From the IMG/VR virus record IMGVR_UViG_3300042691_030539: a stretch of DNA of 64,000 bases; one strand, 5' to 3'. The DNA comes from an uncultured virus (IMG/VR IMGVR_UViG_3300042691_030539) (Duplodnaviria; Heunggongvirae; Uroviricota; Caudoviricetes). A program made the position numbers and the translations under genes. Below, one piece after another: positions 23,871 to 34,972 of this stretch. The notes under the pieces were generated by a model. It did not search any database. It saw nothing but the letters and a program-made list of their open reading frames with translations, and was not told the DNA's origin. Numbering within the stretch: the first letter of the stretch is position 1; every line of letters begins with the position of its first letter.

Positions 23871-24859
23871 AAATACTAATTACAGGAGTTGCAGGATTAC
23901 TAGGAAGTAGACTTGCAGATTACATTATAGAAAATGTACCAAATGCAGAAGTTGTTGGTATAGATGATTTGAGTGGTGGATACAAAGAAAATATAAATCC
24001 AAAAGTTGAACTATGGCAAATGGATTTAGTTAAACATCCGATTGAAAATTGCTTCTCAACTCATAAGTTTGATTATGTATTCCATTTCGCTGCATATGCT
24101 GCGGAGGGATTATCACCATTTATTAGGCAGTATAATTACGAAAATAATTTAATTGCAACTGCACGTGTGGTTAATCAATGCATTACACATGATGTAAAAC
24201 GATTGGTGTTTACATCTACACTTGCAGTATATGGTTATGGAGAGGGTGGTATGTTCGATGAAGTACAACAACAAAGGCCTATAGATCCTTACGGAGTGGC
24301 AAAGTATGCATGTGAGATGGATATTAAAATAGCCGGAGAACAACATGGCTTGGATTGGTGTATCATTCGACCACACAACGTTTATGGACGTAATCAAAAT
24401 ATATGGGATAAATACAGAAATGTATTGGGTATTTGGATGTATCAGTATATGAATGGTGAACCTATGACCATATTTGGTGATGGGGAGCAAACCAGAGCCT
24501 TTAGTTATATAGATGATATAGTAGAACCTTTGTGGAAATCAGCAATACTACCAACTGCATCTAAAGAGATTATTAATCTTGGTGGTGTAGAGGAATGGTC
24601 AATAAATGATGCAAATAAAGTATTGAGAGAAGTTATGGGTGGTGGTGAAGTTGTATACAAAGAGGCAAGACATGAGGTTAAGCATTCAATACCAACCTGG
24701 GAAAAATCTGTAAATATTTTAGGATTTAAACATACGACATCTCTGAAAGATGGTTTGACCAAAATGTGGGATTGGGCACAACAACAACCAAAAAGAAATA
24801 GATTTGTATGGCCTTCATATGAATTGGAAAAAGGAATTTACTCATTCTGGAAAAAATAA
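23867..24859 (+). CDS. NAD-dependent NDP-sugar epimerase/dehydratase
   Basis: ITGVAGLLG, YGVAK, NVYG, GDGEQTRAF. Confidence 0.92.
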   Translation: MKILITGVAGLLGSRLADYIIENVPNAEVVGIDDLSGGYKENINPKVELWQMDLVKHPIENCFSTHKFDYVFHFAAYAAEGLSPFIRQYNYENNLIATARVVNQCITHDVKRLVFTSTLAVYGYGEGGMFDEVQQQRPIDPYGVAKYACEMDIKIAGEQHGLDWCIIRPHNVYGRNQNIWDKYRNVLGIWMYQYMNGEPMTIFGDGEQTRAFSYIDDIVEPLWKSAILPTASKEIINLGGVEEWSINDANKVLREVMGGGEVVYKEARHEVKHSIPTWEKSVNILGFKHTTSLKDGLTKMWDWAQQQPKRNRFVWPSYELEKGIYSFWKK

Positions 24860-24865
24860 AAATTT

Positions 24866-25498
24866 ATGAACAAATATTCGGTTATTATACCAACTTTATG
24901 GCAATCACCAAGAATTCACAAATTGCTATCCGATTTGATAGCATCTGAAAATGTAGATGAAATTATACTCATAGATAACGCAGGAAAATATTATGAACAT
25001 TATCAAACCGAACTTGATAAGGTAAAATTAATACAACCAAAAGAAAATTTATATATAGCAGCATCTTGGAATTTAGGTGTAGAACTTTCTAAAAACCAAT
25101 ATGTGGCAGTAGTGAATGACGATGTTAATTTTAATCCGGTTATATTTCAGCTTGTAGGAGATAATGTTGAGGGTATAGTGGGACAAGCAACAGGAAATTA
25201 CTATAATAATTACAGCGAAATGCCATTTATAGCACCATTGATTAAAACCCGTCCTTGGGGTTGGGCATCTTTTTTTATGTTAAATAAAAAGTATTGGCAA
25301 TCTATTCCTGAAGAGTTAAGAATTTGGTACAATGATGATTGGATTGTTCACATTAATTCTAACCCAAAGTGGGTTTTACATAACTTTTCCGTTCAAACAG
25401 AAATGTCATCAACAATTGGTGAAGGAAAATTTGAAGATATAAAATTACAAGATAGAGAACATTGGAATGCCATTTTACAAAATCATTATAAAAAATAG
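24866..25498 (+). CDS. Glycosyltransferase family 2
   Basis: SVIIPT, IDN, SWNLG, VNDD. Confidence 0.82.
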   Translation: MNKYSVIIPTLWQSPRIHKLLSDLIASENVDEIILIDNAGKYYEHYQTELDKVKLIQPKENLYIAASWNLGVELSKNQYVAVVNDDVNFNPVIFQLVGDNVEGIVGQATGNYYNNYSEMPFIAPLIKTRPWGWASFFMLNKKYWQSIPEELRIWYNDDWIVHINSNPKWVLHNFSVQTEMSSTIGEGKFEDIKLQDREHWNAILQNHYKK

Positions 25499-25501
25499 AT
25501 T

Positions 25502-26242
25502 ATGCAAAAATTACCAATTAGTATAGGAATATTGAGTTGGCATAGTGGGCAAGTATTGGTAGATACGTTAACAACTTACTATCAAAATGGTTTGTTTGAT
25601 ATGATTGATGATGTCACTATCCTATTTCAAGAATTTAATGACCAAGATTATCAAATAGCAAAACATTTTGGATTGAATGTAATTGGTATGAATTCTAATA
25701 TAGGAATTGGAAAAGCATTTATTAAATTAACCGAAAACGCAAAGGAAGATTATGTTTTAGTATTAGAGCATGATTGGAATCTAATTGAAGATAAAGAAAC
25801 TACATATCAAAGATTACAATCCGGAATAGAACTATTAAATGGAAGTGTTGATGTGGTTAGATATAGGCATAGAAAAAATCCAGGAAATCCACATTTTTCT
25901 TTCAAATATATAGGTAAAGAACTTACTTATTATGATGATGAGATTGAATGCACATCACCACATCTTTTAGATTCAGTACACTGGTGCAATCCTAAAGAAT
26001 CTTTTCCTGAACAAATAGGACAATTTGGTGAATATTTTTTAACAAATTCTAGGTACGGAAATTGGACAAATAATCCGTGTCTCTATAAAAAGCAATTTTA
26101 TTTAGATATAGTAAAACCATTTGCAGGTGAAGGTATTGCGTTGGAGGGTAACATATCTAAATGGTGGGCCCGACAAGATTATGGAGTAGCACATGGTGAA
26201 GGATTATTCACACATAATGATTGGCAAAAATACGGAAGGTAA
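25502..26242 (+). CDS. GT-A-like glycosyltransferase
   Basis: NIGIG, VLVLEHDW, WTNNP. Confidence 0.6.
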   Translation: MQKLPISIGILSWHSGQVLVDTLTTYYQNGLFDMIDDVTILFQEFNDQDYQIAKHFGLNVIGMNSNIGIGKAFIKLTENAKEDYVLVLEHDWNLIEDKETTYQRLQSGIELLNGSVDVVRYRHRKNPGNPHFSFKYIGKELTYYDDEIECTSPHLLDSVHWCNPKESFPEQIGQFGEYFLTNSRYGNWTNNPCLYKKQFYLDIVKPFAGEGIALEGNISKWWARQDYGVAHGEGLFTHNDWQKYGR

Positions 26243-27603
26243 TGGTAAAATTAATTATTTTTGATTTAGATGGTGTTTTGGTAGAAGCAAAACAAATACA
26301 TTTTGATACGTTTAATCAATCACTCAAAGAAATTGATGAGAAATATGTAATCACAGAAACTGAACATCTTTCAATTTATGATGGATTGAAAACGACACAA
26401 AAGTTAGAATTACTTACAAAGAATAAGGGATTAGACCCTAAATTATACGATAGTATTTGGTATAAAAAACAACATCTAACAATCGAAGCAATATCTCAAT
26501 TAAAACCTGATACTGATAAAATTGAATTGTTCAGAGAGTTGAGAAGTATGGGGTATAAATTGGCGGTTGCATCAAACTCAATTAGAAGGTCTGTATTGGT
26601 TATGTTGGCAAAGATAGGTATTATTGAGTATATGGATTTAATCCTCTCTAATGAGGATGTAAAGAACTCTAAACCACATCCTGAAATGTATTGGAAGGCA
26701 ATGAGTATGATGGGGTTTTTACCAGAGGAAACTCTAATCGTAGAGGATTCTCCACATGGTTTATTGGCGGCAAGTAGAAGTAGAGCAAATGTATTAAGAG
26801 TAGATAATCCAAAAGATTTGGTATTATCAAAAATTATTAGTAAATTAGAACAAACAGCAAATATGAATATACCAAAATGGCAAGGTGGTAAAATGAACAT
26901 TCTGATTCCAATGGCGGGTGCAGGAAATCGCTTCCAACAAGCGGGTTATACATTTCCAAAACCATTAATTGATGTTGAAGGAAAGCCCATGATACAGGTT
27001 GTAGTTGATAATTTAAATATCGATGCAACCTATATTTATGTAGTTCAGAAATCACATAGAGCAAAGTATAATTTAGATACATTACTGAATTTAATAACAC
27101 CCGGATGTAAAATCGTAGAGGTAGATGGTATCACAGAAGGAGCAGCTTGTACAACACTTTTAGCAAAAGAATACATTGATAACGATTCTCCATTAGTTAT
27201 GGCTAACTCTGACCAATTTGTGGAGTGGGACTCAAATGAATTTATGTACAAAATGATTGAGCAAAAAGTAGATGGTGGTATTCTTACATTTAAGGCAACT
27301 CATCCTAAATGGTCATTTGCCAAAGTAGATGAATATGGATATGTAACGGAAGTAGCAGAGAAGAATCCAATTTCAGATATAGCAACTGTTGGTGTTTATT
27401 ATTGGGCAAAAGGTTCTGATTATGTAAAGTATGCAGAACAAATGATAGAAAAGAATATCAGAACAAATAATGAATTCTATGTTTGCCCTGTATTTAATGA
27501 AGCGATTGGAGATGGTAAAAAGATTAAAACTTTTAACATTGAGAAAATGTGGGGATTGGGTACTCCGGAAGATTTGAACTATTATTTAGAAAATCACAAA
27601 TAA
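26242..27603 (+). CDS. Fusion: HAD phosphatase + sugar-phosphate nucleotidyltransferase (start revised to ATG 26242)
   Basis: N-terminal FDLDGVL, KPHP, EDS; C-terminal IPMAGAG.RF...PKPLI, NSDQ, EK.PIS, GLGTPEDL. Confidence 0.88.
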   Translation: MVKLIIFDLDGVLVEAKQIHFDTFNQSLKEIDEKYVITETEHLSIYDGLKTTQKLELLTKNKGLDPKLYDSIWYKKQHLTIEAISQLKPDTDKIELFRELRSMGYKLAVASNSIRRSVLVMLAKIGIIEYMDLILSNEDVKNSKPHPEMYWKAMSMMGFLPEETLIVEDSPHGLLAASRSRANVLRVDNPKDLVLSKIISKLEQTANMNIPKWQGGKMNILIPMAGAGNRFQQAGYTFPKPLIDVEGKPMIQVVVDNLNIDATYIYVVQKSHRAKYNLDTLLNLITPGCKIVEVDGITEGAACTTLLAKEYIDNDSPLVMANSDQFVEWDSNEFMYKMIEQKVDGGILTFKATHPKWSFAKVDEYGYVTEVAEKNPISDIATVGVYYWAKGSDYVKYAEQMIEKNIRTNNEFYVCPVFNEAIGDGKKIKTFNIEKMWGLGTPEDLNYYLENHK

Positions 27604-28031
27604 TGATATTAATATCTCATAGAGGAAATATAAATGGTAGATTAAGTGAGTACGAAAATAAACCAGAATATATTGAAAGAGCAATCAAACTAGGTTATGA
27701 TGTTGAAGTTGATGTTTGGTTTGTTGATGGTGAATTTTGGTTGGGACATGATGAACCACAATACAAAACTGATTATAAGTTTTTAATGAATGAGAGATTG
27801 TGGTGTCATGCAAAAAATATAGATGCATTGATTGAAATGAAAAAATATGCAATACATTATTTTTGGCATGAAACTGATATGGTTACTTTGACATCAAAAA
27901 ATTACATTTGGGCATATCCAGGAAAACAACCGATAAAAGGTAGTATAGCGGTATTGCCTGAATTGGAAAACGATTTAGTATTTGATTGTAAGGGGATTTG
28001 TTCGGATTATATAAAACACTATAAAATATGA
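27603..28031 (+). CDS. Glycerophosphodiester phosphodiesterase-like protein (start revised to ATG 27603)
   Basis: ISHRGN, EN, DVEVDVW, LGHD, HAKN, GICSD. Confidence 0.8.
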   Translation: MILISHRGNINGRLSEYENKPEYIERAIKLGYDVEVDVWFVDGEFWLGHDEPQYKTDYKFLMNERLWCHAKNIDALIEMKKYAIHYFWHETDMVTLTSKNYIWAYPGKQPIKGSIAVLPELENDLVFDCKGICSDYIKHYKI

Positions 28032-28834
28032 AAAAAAATATTGCATTTTTTATTACTCACAAAACTTTGAATTTTGAAAATGCCGAAATGACATTTGGCG
28101 GATTTGCAAGACAAGAGTGTGATAAATCGTTTGATTCTCTTTACATTTATAATTCACATGAAGATGAGTTACCAAATGAATCTTTATTGGATTTGGCAGA
28201 CAAATTTAATTTAAAACGTTTATTTAAAGAAATAAAAATATTTCCATATATTGGAACAACTCATAAATCTTTAGGTGGAGATATCAGTTCAATAAAAGAT
28301 TTTTGTAAAAATAATTTAGATTTAGATGATAGGGTTTTGATAATAAAATCGGATACAATACCATCGATTAATTTTTTTGATGATATATTAAATAAATTGC
28401 CACAAAATGGTCCTGTTTATTTCGTAGCACCATTCATATGTGCAAAACGTAGAGTAGATGATAGTACAATTATAGAATACTCTAAAAGAAAATCATATAT
28501 AAAATCGGATGAAATAACTTTTTTTGTAGAAGATCAGTATCAAAGTCAAGATAATGATTTCTCAAATAGAAGTGATGTAGATGTAACGAGTGAAAGTATA
28601 TTATTTACATCTTGCTATGTGATAAGAGATTTTTCATGTCACTTCTTATCAGTATCTCTTTTTGATTTAGTAAGAATTGAAAATAAAAGTTGGGGAGGAG
28701 TTTGGTTTAGTGAATTAACCACTCACTTTATACCGACAGATAGATCTTTTGTTATTCATAAATATCATGACATAGTATCAGAAAATAGAGAAATAGATAG
28801 AGAGGGGCCAGTTAAAATTTGGTTAGAAAGTTAA
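28028..28834 (+). CDS. Hypothetical protein in glycan island
   Basis: Coupled ORF, no motif recognised. Confidence 0.65.
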   Translation: MKKNIAFFITHKTLNFENAEMTFGGFARQECDKSFDSLYIYNSHEDELPNESLLDLADKFNLKRLFKEIKIFPYIGTTHKSLGGDISSIKDFCKNNLDLDDRVLIIKSDTIPSINFFDDILNKLPQNGPVYFVAPFICAKRRVDDSTIIEYSKRKSYIKSDEITFFVEDQYQSQDNDFSNRSDVDVTSESILFTSCYVIRDFSCHFLSVSLFDLVRIENKSWGGVWFSELTTHFIPTDRSFVIHKYHDIVSENREIDREGPVKIWLES

Positions 28835-29508
28835 TGAAAATAGCAGTATTACTTCCAGGGCATATTAGGACGTGGGATTATTGTAAACAAAACTTTATGG
28901 ATACAATTTACGATAAATCCCATACAATCGATGTATTTGTAGATACATATAATGAAATATTCCGGCCTGATTATGAACTGCATGATGAAAATAAAATGAA
29001 CATCATAAAAACCGATGATGAAATATCTTCACTATTTGATGGTATAAATGTAGTTGATTTAAAAATTGAAAAGACTCCAATCGGAAACCATTCCATATTG
29101 CAAATGTATAAAATTTTAAAAATAACAAATACATATGAAGAATATGAAAAAATGAATGGCAAATATGATTTAGTAGTTAAAAGTAGATTAGATATTTTAT
29201 TAGATGAAAAACTTGATTATGAAAAAATATACGAATCTTGTAAACATTCGAAGTTAATACATATTGGTGAGGGGGCGGTGCATAGACATGATAATGACCT
29301 ATGCGCAGTATGTAATACGGATATATTTAAAATTTATGGTAAAAGAGTTTTACACGACGAAGGCCCACACGGAAGTATGACGGTAATAGCAAATATATAT
29401 GGTGTTCATTATTTACAATCAATTGGGATTTCCATAGTAAGACTTGGAGGACCAGGACAATCAACAGAATCAAAACTTTATAATAAAACTTACAAAATAT
29501 TCAAATGA
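28834..29508 (+). CDS. Putative glycosyltransferase-like protein
   Basis: KIAVLLPGHIRT, YDLVVKSRLD; paralog of 30206 ORF. Confidence 0.6.
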   Translation: MKIAVLLPGHIRTWDYCKQNFMDTIYDKSHTIDVFVDTYNEIFRPDYELHDENKMNIIKTDDEISSLFDGINVVDLKIEKTPIGNHSILQMYKILKITNTYEEYEKMNGKYDLVVKSRLDILLDEKLDYEKIYESCKHSKLIHIGEGAVHRHDNDLCAVCNTDIFKIYGKRVLHDEGPHGSMTVIANIYGVHYLQSIGISIVRLGGPGQSTESKLYNKTYKIFK

Positions 29509-30209
29509 TAAACTTATACAACAGCAGCGTATCGATAACAAACAATCAGGACATTTATAGTAATTGGAATAACTTCATATTGAGTGAAGAAAGATCCGTT
29601 TTTAACAAACTTTATAGCAGAATAAAATTCTATGAAATGACAAAACATTTGATGGGAGATATTGTGGAGTGTGGTGTTTTTAAAGGATCAGGCCTTGCTA
29701 CTTGGTTAAAGATAATTGAAATGAATGAACCAAATAGTATTAAAAAGGTCATAGGATTTGATTTTTTTAATCCAGATTTTGTAAAAGAGTTGGATGATGC
29801 AATAGATAAAGCAACTATGAGTCAAGTGTTTGATAGATGTGAAGATTTGGATAAAATTGAAATTTCTAAAGAAGGAATCAATAAAAAACTTATTAAATGT
29901 GGATTCAAACCTGATAAGTTTGAATTGGTGCAAGGGGATGTTAGTGATACATCTAAATCCTTTTTAGAAGATAAACCTGGTTTAAGAATTAGTGTACTTT
30001 ATTTGGATTTAGATTTGGATATTCCTACTTATAACGCACTAAATAATATGTGGGATAGAGTTGTCGATGGTGGTGTTGTCGTATTTGATGAATATGCATA
30101 TCACAATTGGAGTGAATCAAATGGCGTAGATAGGTTTGTTAAAGAGAGAGGATTAAAATTAGAATCAACACAACTAAAAACACCGACTGCATTTATTATT
30201 AAAAAATGA
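29505..30209 (+). CDS. TylF/MycF-family sugar O-methyltransferase
   Basis: GDIVECGVFKG, GFDFF, LDLDL, GGVVVFDEY. Confidence 0.85.
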   Translation: MINLYNSSVSITNNQDIYSNWNNFILSEERSVFNKLYSRIKFYEMTKHLMGDIVECGVFKGSGLATWLKIIEMNEPNSIKKVIGFDFFNPDFVKELDDAIDKATMSQVFDRCEDLDKIEISKEGINKKLIKCGFKPDKFELVQGDVSDTSKSFLEDKPGLRISVLYLDLDLDIPTYNALNNMWDRVVDGGVVVFDEYAYHNWSESNGVDRFVKERGLKLESTQLKTPTAFIIKK

Positions 30210-30916
30210 GAACAGCAATCCTAATAATAGGACATATTCGAACTTGGTCTGAATGCAAAGATAACTTTATAGAAGCATTTGGACATCTAAATCCGGATGT
30301 TTTTGTTTCGACTTATAACTTACAATTTAACTATCACCCTGCGCAGCAAGGTTGGATGGGAGGACAATCCGATACGATTCTATCAGGAGATGATATAATT
30401 TCTTTATTTGATGGAATCAATCTAATTGGTATAGATGTGGAAGATATATCGGAGGTACTCGCCGAATATAATGTTATAAAATCTGATTTGAATCCAAAAT
30501 TTAATGATGAAACAAATACATATCTTCAATATAAAAAAATAAAAAGAGCAATCGAAATGTTGAAGATGTATGAAGAACAATGTGGGTTTAAGTATGATAA
30601 TATTATAAAAATTAGAGCAGATATTCATCACAATAAATTCGAATATGAAATAGATGATAAAAGTGTGATAATTAGTGATGGAAATGTTTTTCCAAATGAT
30701 GTAATATTTGGAATGACTAGAGATAACTTTATTAAACTATCTGATTTTTTTATTTCGGAATTTCATAATCCAGTATATGCTGATAGTCATTTAAAAGCAC
30801 CTCACAATCTCTTATTAAGAGGATTTGAACATATTGGTGTTGGTATACTGGAAAAAAATATTATGAAATATGTTGTTAGAAAGATTGGAAAACATTACTA
30901 TAATAATATAAGATAG
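30206..30916 (+). CDS. Putative glycosyltransferase-like protein
   Basis: TAILIIGHIRT, YDNIIKIRAD; paralog of 28834 ORF. Confidence 0.6.
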   Translation: MRTAILIIGHIRTWSECKDNFIEAFGHLNPDVFVSTYNLQFNYHPAQQGWMGGQSDTILSGDDIISLFDGINLIGIDVEDISEVLAEYNVIKSDLNPKFNDETNTYLQYKKIKRAIEMLKMYEEQCGFKYDNIIKIRADIHHNKFEYEIDDKSVIISDGNVFPNDVIFGMTRDNFIKLSDFFISEFHNPVYADSHLKAPHNLLLRGFEHIGVGILEKNIMKYVVRKIGKHYYNNIR

Positions 30917-30918
30917 GG

Positions 30919-32499
30919 ATGGGCGATATAAATATTGTGACGGGATATTGGAATGTTAGGAGTGATAGAAGTGAATCTGTCTATTTGGATAATTTTAAAA
31001 ATGTACTATCTCTTTCTCATAATATGACCGTTTTTGTACCAAAAAAGTACGAACAATTTGTTTATGATAACCGATTAAATCTTTTGGATAAAACGGATAT
31101 TGTTATTGTTGAGTTGGATGATATAAAAAATAAATATTTTAAAAATTTTTGGGATAAACTACAATCCATAAGGTTGGATCCTGGTTGGTATAACTCAACT
31201 CATTGGTTAACGGGAACCCCACAAAGTTTTTCAGAGTGGTATAATCCAATAGTAATGAGTAAGGTTTTTTTTATTCATGAAGCATATGAGAGAAATACGT
31301 TTGATAGTAGCAAGTTTATATGGGTGGATGCGGGCATCACACAACACATATCATCTGACATAGTCTGTGATGATAGTTTGGATGGAATGGCAAAAAATAT
31401 AAAATCAGTTTTGTTTCCATCAATAGATTACGTTAGTACGGAAGTTCATGGATTTCATTACTCTGGTTTTAAAAAATATACAAATATCATACCGAAGTGG
31501 TTGTGTAGAGCAACAATATTTGGTTGTGATAGAAAGTATGTGAAAAAATTTAAAGAAGATTATTCGTATTATTTAAAAGATACATTAGAGTTAGGATATT
31601 TAGGAACGGAAGAATCTATATTTTCATTACTATCTTGCGTAGACGCTGAAATCTACAACAGATATCATACAGAAAAAGCATCAATGCCAAATAAGTTTTT
31701 ACAAAAAATGAAAGAAATGGAAGGTAATAAAGATTTAATAATATCCGCTATAGCAAATTATGGTGTGGATAAAATAAAAAATTATATAAATTCAATAAAT
31801 AGTTGTGGATTTAATGGTGATAAGGTTATGATTGTGTATAACGTTCCTGATGAAACTATTAAATATCTACAATCAAATGGGTGGTTGGTATGCGTCGGTG
31901 AATTGACTGGACATCCACATATGAAACGTTTGATAGATATATATGTTATACTACGACAGTTGGGTAAAGAATATAGGTATGTAATAACAACCGATGTTAG
32001 AGATGTTATATTTCAAACTAATCCATCGGAGTATTTGAAAAATTATCTAAAAAAGAAAATAATCGTTTCAAGCGAAAATGTTTTATATAGACACGAACCG
32101 TGGGGTAAAAAAAATATATTAGAGGGGTATAACGAATTATTTTGGGAAAGATATGAATCGGAAGAAACTTGTAATGTTGGTGTGATTGCCGGTTATCACG
32201 AAGATATGATGGAACTTTTATTATTAAACTACATCGTATCGCAGGCTGGGAACACACAGCATTTTACGGACCAAAGTTCTTTTAATTTTGTAATACATAA
32301 TAAATTGGTAAAAGATAAAATACAGATGGTTGGATTAGAAAGTCATTGGGCATTACAAATCGGAACACTTTCAAATCCAGAATTAATAGGGAAGTGTGAA
32401 TTTGATATTAAAGATGGTATTATTTTTAATGGTGAAAATCCATTCGTTATAATTCATCAATATGATAGAAACGAACTGACAAAAAATCTTATTAAATGA
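30919..32499 (+). CDS. HtrL/WlaTC-like glycosyltransferase fused to a second GT-A-like domain
   Basis: IVTGYW, YNPIVMSK, FIWVDAG, GTEE; second half TDVRDVIFQTNP, DQ..FN, HQYDR. Confidence 0.75.
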   Translation: MGDINIVTGYWNVRSDRSESVYLDNFKNVLSLSHNMTVFVPKKYEQFVYDNRLNLLDKTDIVIVELDDIKNKYFKNFWDKLQSIRLDPGWYNSTHWLTGTPQSFSEWYNPIVMSKVFFIHEAYERNTFDSSKFIWVDAGITQHISSDIVCDDSLDGMAKNIKSVLFPSIDYVSTEVHGFHYSGFKKYTNIIPKWLCRATIFGCDRKYVKKFKEDYSYYLKDTLELGYLGTEESIFSLLSCVDAEIYNRYHTEKASMPNKFLQKMKEMEGNKDLIISAIANYGVDKIKNYINSINSCGFNGDKVMIVYNVPDETIKYLQSNGWLVCVGELTGHPHMKRLIDIYVILRQLGKEYRYVITTDVRDVIFQTNPSEYLKNYLKKKIIVSSENVLYRHEPWGKKNILEGYNELFWERYESEETCNVGVIAGYHEDMMELLLLNYIVSQAGNTQHFTDQSSFNFVIHNKLVKDKIQMVGLESHWALQIGTLSNPELIGKCEFDIKDGIIFNGENPFVIIHQYDRNELTKNLIK

Positions 32500-33395
32500 A
32501 AAAAATAGTTATTACAACTTTTATAATGCCAAATGAGATAGATGATTTGGAAAGGTTGTTAGGAGATTTAAACAGAGCATCGAAATTCGTAGATGGAAAA
32601 AACTATGAATTATTTTTAGCACTATCGGTTGATGATTATTTGGTTGATTGGGAAAGTTCAAAATTAAACAAACAATTTTTTATTGATAGATTTAATTCAT
32701 TGAAACCGCTAACGGACTGGGTCGGTAAAGCAACTTTCAATGTTAGAGAAGATATAATGGGATGTACATCGTTGCGTAGGGTTGCTTGTAATGAATGTAC
32801 GGATGCCACACATTTTATATGGCTGGATACGGATATTTGTTTTGATGATAAGATTTTACACTATTTCGAATCTGCAATAGATAATATAGAGAATGCTACC
32901 AATATAAAAAAGTATGTAATTAGTCCTGAATGTGTTAAGATTTGGGATAGTACTTGGGATTGTTTGGTTAATAGTAATTTTTTAGATAAAGAAGTTGGAT
33001 ATTGTAGAAATAACAATCCATTTATAGATAGTGGTGAAATTGGTGAAGTTGAATTGGAACGTGTTATGAATACATTTCCGGGTCAACCAAAAATGAAATT
33101 CGGTGGTGGATGGTTTAATTGTTTATCTAAAAAGTTATTTGATAGAATTCCTATGCCCGAATCAATGGGTCATTATGGACCCGATGATACATATATTATG
33201 TGGGCTGCAGAAAAATTAAATCAAATGGGAGAAGATATACATCAATACAAACTAAAAAACTACATAGTTTGCGAAAATTATGCATATAGAAATAGAAACC
33301 ACTATAATGATTTGGTAAAAAGAATTGATAGAAAAGAGGAATTTAGAAATCAGTCAAATAATGGGTTCTTATTAGAAATAAATAATATAAGTTGA
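32496..33395 (+). CDS. GT-A-like hypothetical protein
   Basis: FIWLDTD DxD motif, HYGPDD. Confidence 0.6.
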   Translation: MKKIVITTFIMPNEIDDLERLLGDLNRASKFVDGKNYELFLALSVDDYLVDWESSKLNKQFFIDRFNSLKPLTDWVGKATFNVREDIMGCTSLRRVACNECTDATHFIWLDTDICFDDKILHYFESAIDNIENATNIKKYVISPECVKIWDSTWDCLVNSNFLDKEVGYCRNNNPFIDSGEIGEVELERVMNTFPGQPKMKFGGGWFNCLSKKLFDRIPMPESMGHYGPDDTYIMWAAEKLNQMGEDIHQYKLKNYIVCENYAYRNRNHYNDLVKRIDRKEEFRNQSNNGFLLEINNIS

Positions 33396-33418
33396 TGTAC
33401 TATTTAATAATAAAATTT

Positions 33419-33428
33419 AATATTTATA
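33419..33428 (+). promoter_or_regulatory. Candidate phage late-promoter motif ATAYTTAT
   Basis: Same 8-mer recurs in intergenic gaps near 38960, 44577, 46000, 48810, 53725 and 58857; AT-rich background weakens this. Confidence 0.45.
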
Positions 33429-33447
33429 TTGGTACAAAATAATCAAT

Positions 33448-33822
33448 ATGAAGTTAGAATTAACAAATCCTAAAATTTGGAAAAAAATATCGGAAAAGAA
33501 TATTTCAACAAAGCATAAAGTAAAAATTTATGAAAAGTTGGGAGGTGCGTATAGGTTGGGAGAAAATGAAGGTGAACAAGTATTTAATAAAATAACCGAT
33601 GTTGTTAAATTTAAATTAAATGAAGCTCCTGAAGGAGATCACGAAGTTGGTATGGCTATGGGACAATTGGAAGATATTGTAAAAAATGCTACGGAACTAA
33701 AAGGAAAAATAGGAACACAAGAAAAAAATATTCCAGGCTGGATATCGGACCATATTTCACAAGCCATGCAGTTTATAAACCAAGCAAATACAGGCTATCA
33801 TGAATTAAAATCCGAAGAATAA
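33448..33822 (+). CDS. Hypothetical (possible virion) protein
   Basis: DHEVGMAMGQL...IPGWISDHIS module; downstream of late-type motif. Confidence 0.65.
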   Translation: MKLELTNPKIWKKISEKNISTKHKVKIYEKLGGAYRLGENEGEQVFNKITDVVKFKLNEAPEGDHEVGMAMGQLEDIVKNATELKGKIGTQEKNIPGWISDHISQAMQFINQANTGYHELKSEE

Positions 33823-34128
33823 ATGGAAAACTTATACACCGTACTTATTACTGCAATATCTGTGTTGGGAGGAACAACCGCATTCAGATACTATGAAAAA
33901 CGTGCAATACGCAGAGAAAGAGAAGATGATTTTATTAGAATTGACTGCAGAGATCGTATTGCAAAACTTGAAGCATTATTAGTTGAAAGTAAAGAAGAGA
34001 AAGATGAAATGCGTGAGTTGATTTTAAAATTGACCGGAGAAGTTGCAGAGTTGAGAACAAAAGTTGAGTTCTTAACACATGAAAACGATAAGTTAGAAAA
34101 ATCTCACAAGAAATTATTGAATGGTTAA
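33823..34128 (+). CDS. Membrane-anchored coiled-coil protein (holin-like)
   Basis: N-terminal TM followed by heptad coiled coil. Confidence 0.6.
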   Translation: MENLYTVLITAISVLGGTTAFRYYEKRAIRREREDDFIRIDCRDRIAKLEALLVESKEEKDEMRELILKLTGEVAELRTKVEFLTHENDKLEKSHKKLLNG

Positions 34129-34969
34129 AAACGGATTCTTTGAAGGTTTGTGGAATGGATTAAAGGTAGAATTTGGAAAAGTATATTCCAATCCATATAG
34201 TAATGCTTTCAAAAAAATTGATGAAGCAGCTGATTCAAAAAAATTAAGAGTTTTTGATTTCGATGATACGTTAGTAAAAACGAATTCTTTTATATACGTT
34301 AAGCATGGTGATGGTAAAGAATCCAAACTAACACCGGGTGAGTATGCAGTATATGAACCAAAAGAAACCGATAAATTTGATTTTTCAGATTTTGAAAAAG
34401 TTCAACAACCGCAAGAAATTAGAGGGGTTACAAAATTGTTAAAGACGGTTGCAAAATCCGAAGGTGAAAGAAAAGTAGTAATACTTACGGCAAGGAGTGC
34501 ATACAAACCTGTTAAAGAATATTTAAAAGATATTGGATTGGAGGGGATATATGTGGTAGCACTTGGGGATTCTGATCCTCAAAAAAAGGCCGATTGGATT
34601 GAAGATAAAATTAAAAAGGGGTATAATGATGTTTTTTTCATAGATGACTCTCACAAAAATGTGGCGGCAGTTTCTAAACTAAAAGAAAAATATCCAAACA
34701 TTAAAATGAAAGTCCAACATGTAAAGCATGAAATTCCAAAAGCTCCTGAAAAGACATTCAATCATTCACAAAAAGAAAAAGAAATGCCAAATAAAAAAGA
34801 AGCTCCAAAAGCAAATGATATGAGTTTGAAATCACTATTGCCAAAGGATTTAGATAAAAAGGTTAAAAATCCTGATACAGGTAAAATGATAAAAATTAGT
34901 TCAGCATTAAAATACGATAAAGATACAAAAGCATATAAAGCAGCAGAGTTTGCATTAAAAAGAAAATAA
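34121..34969 (+). CDS. HAD-superfamily protein with Lys-rich C-terminal extension
   Basis: VFDFDDTL, ILTAR, K, FIDDS motifs. Confidence 0.8.
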   Translation: MVKNGFFEGLWNGLKVEFGKVYSNPYSNAFKKIDEAADSKKLRVFDFDDTLVKTNSFIYVKHGDGKESKLTPGEYAVYEPKETDKFDFSDFEKVQQPQEIRGVTKLLKTVAKSEGERKVVILTARSAYKPVKEYLKDIGLEGIYVVALGDSDPQKKADWIEDKIKKGYNDVFFIDDSHKNVAAVSKLKEKYPNIKMKVQHVKHEIPKAPEKTFNHSQKEKEMPNKKEAPKANDMSLKSLLPKDLDKKVKNPDTGKMIKISSALKYDKDTKAYKAAEFALKRK

Positions 34970-34972
34970 GTT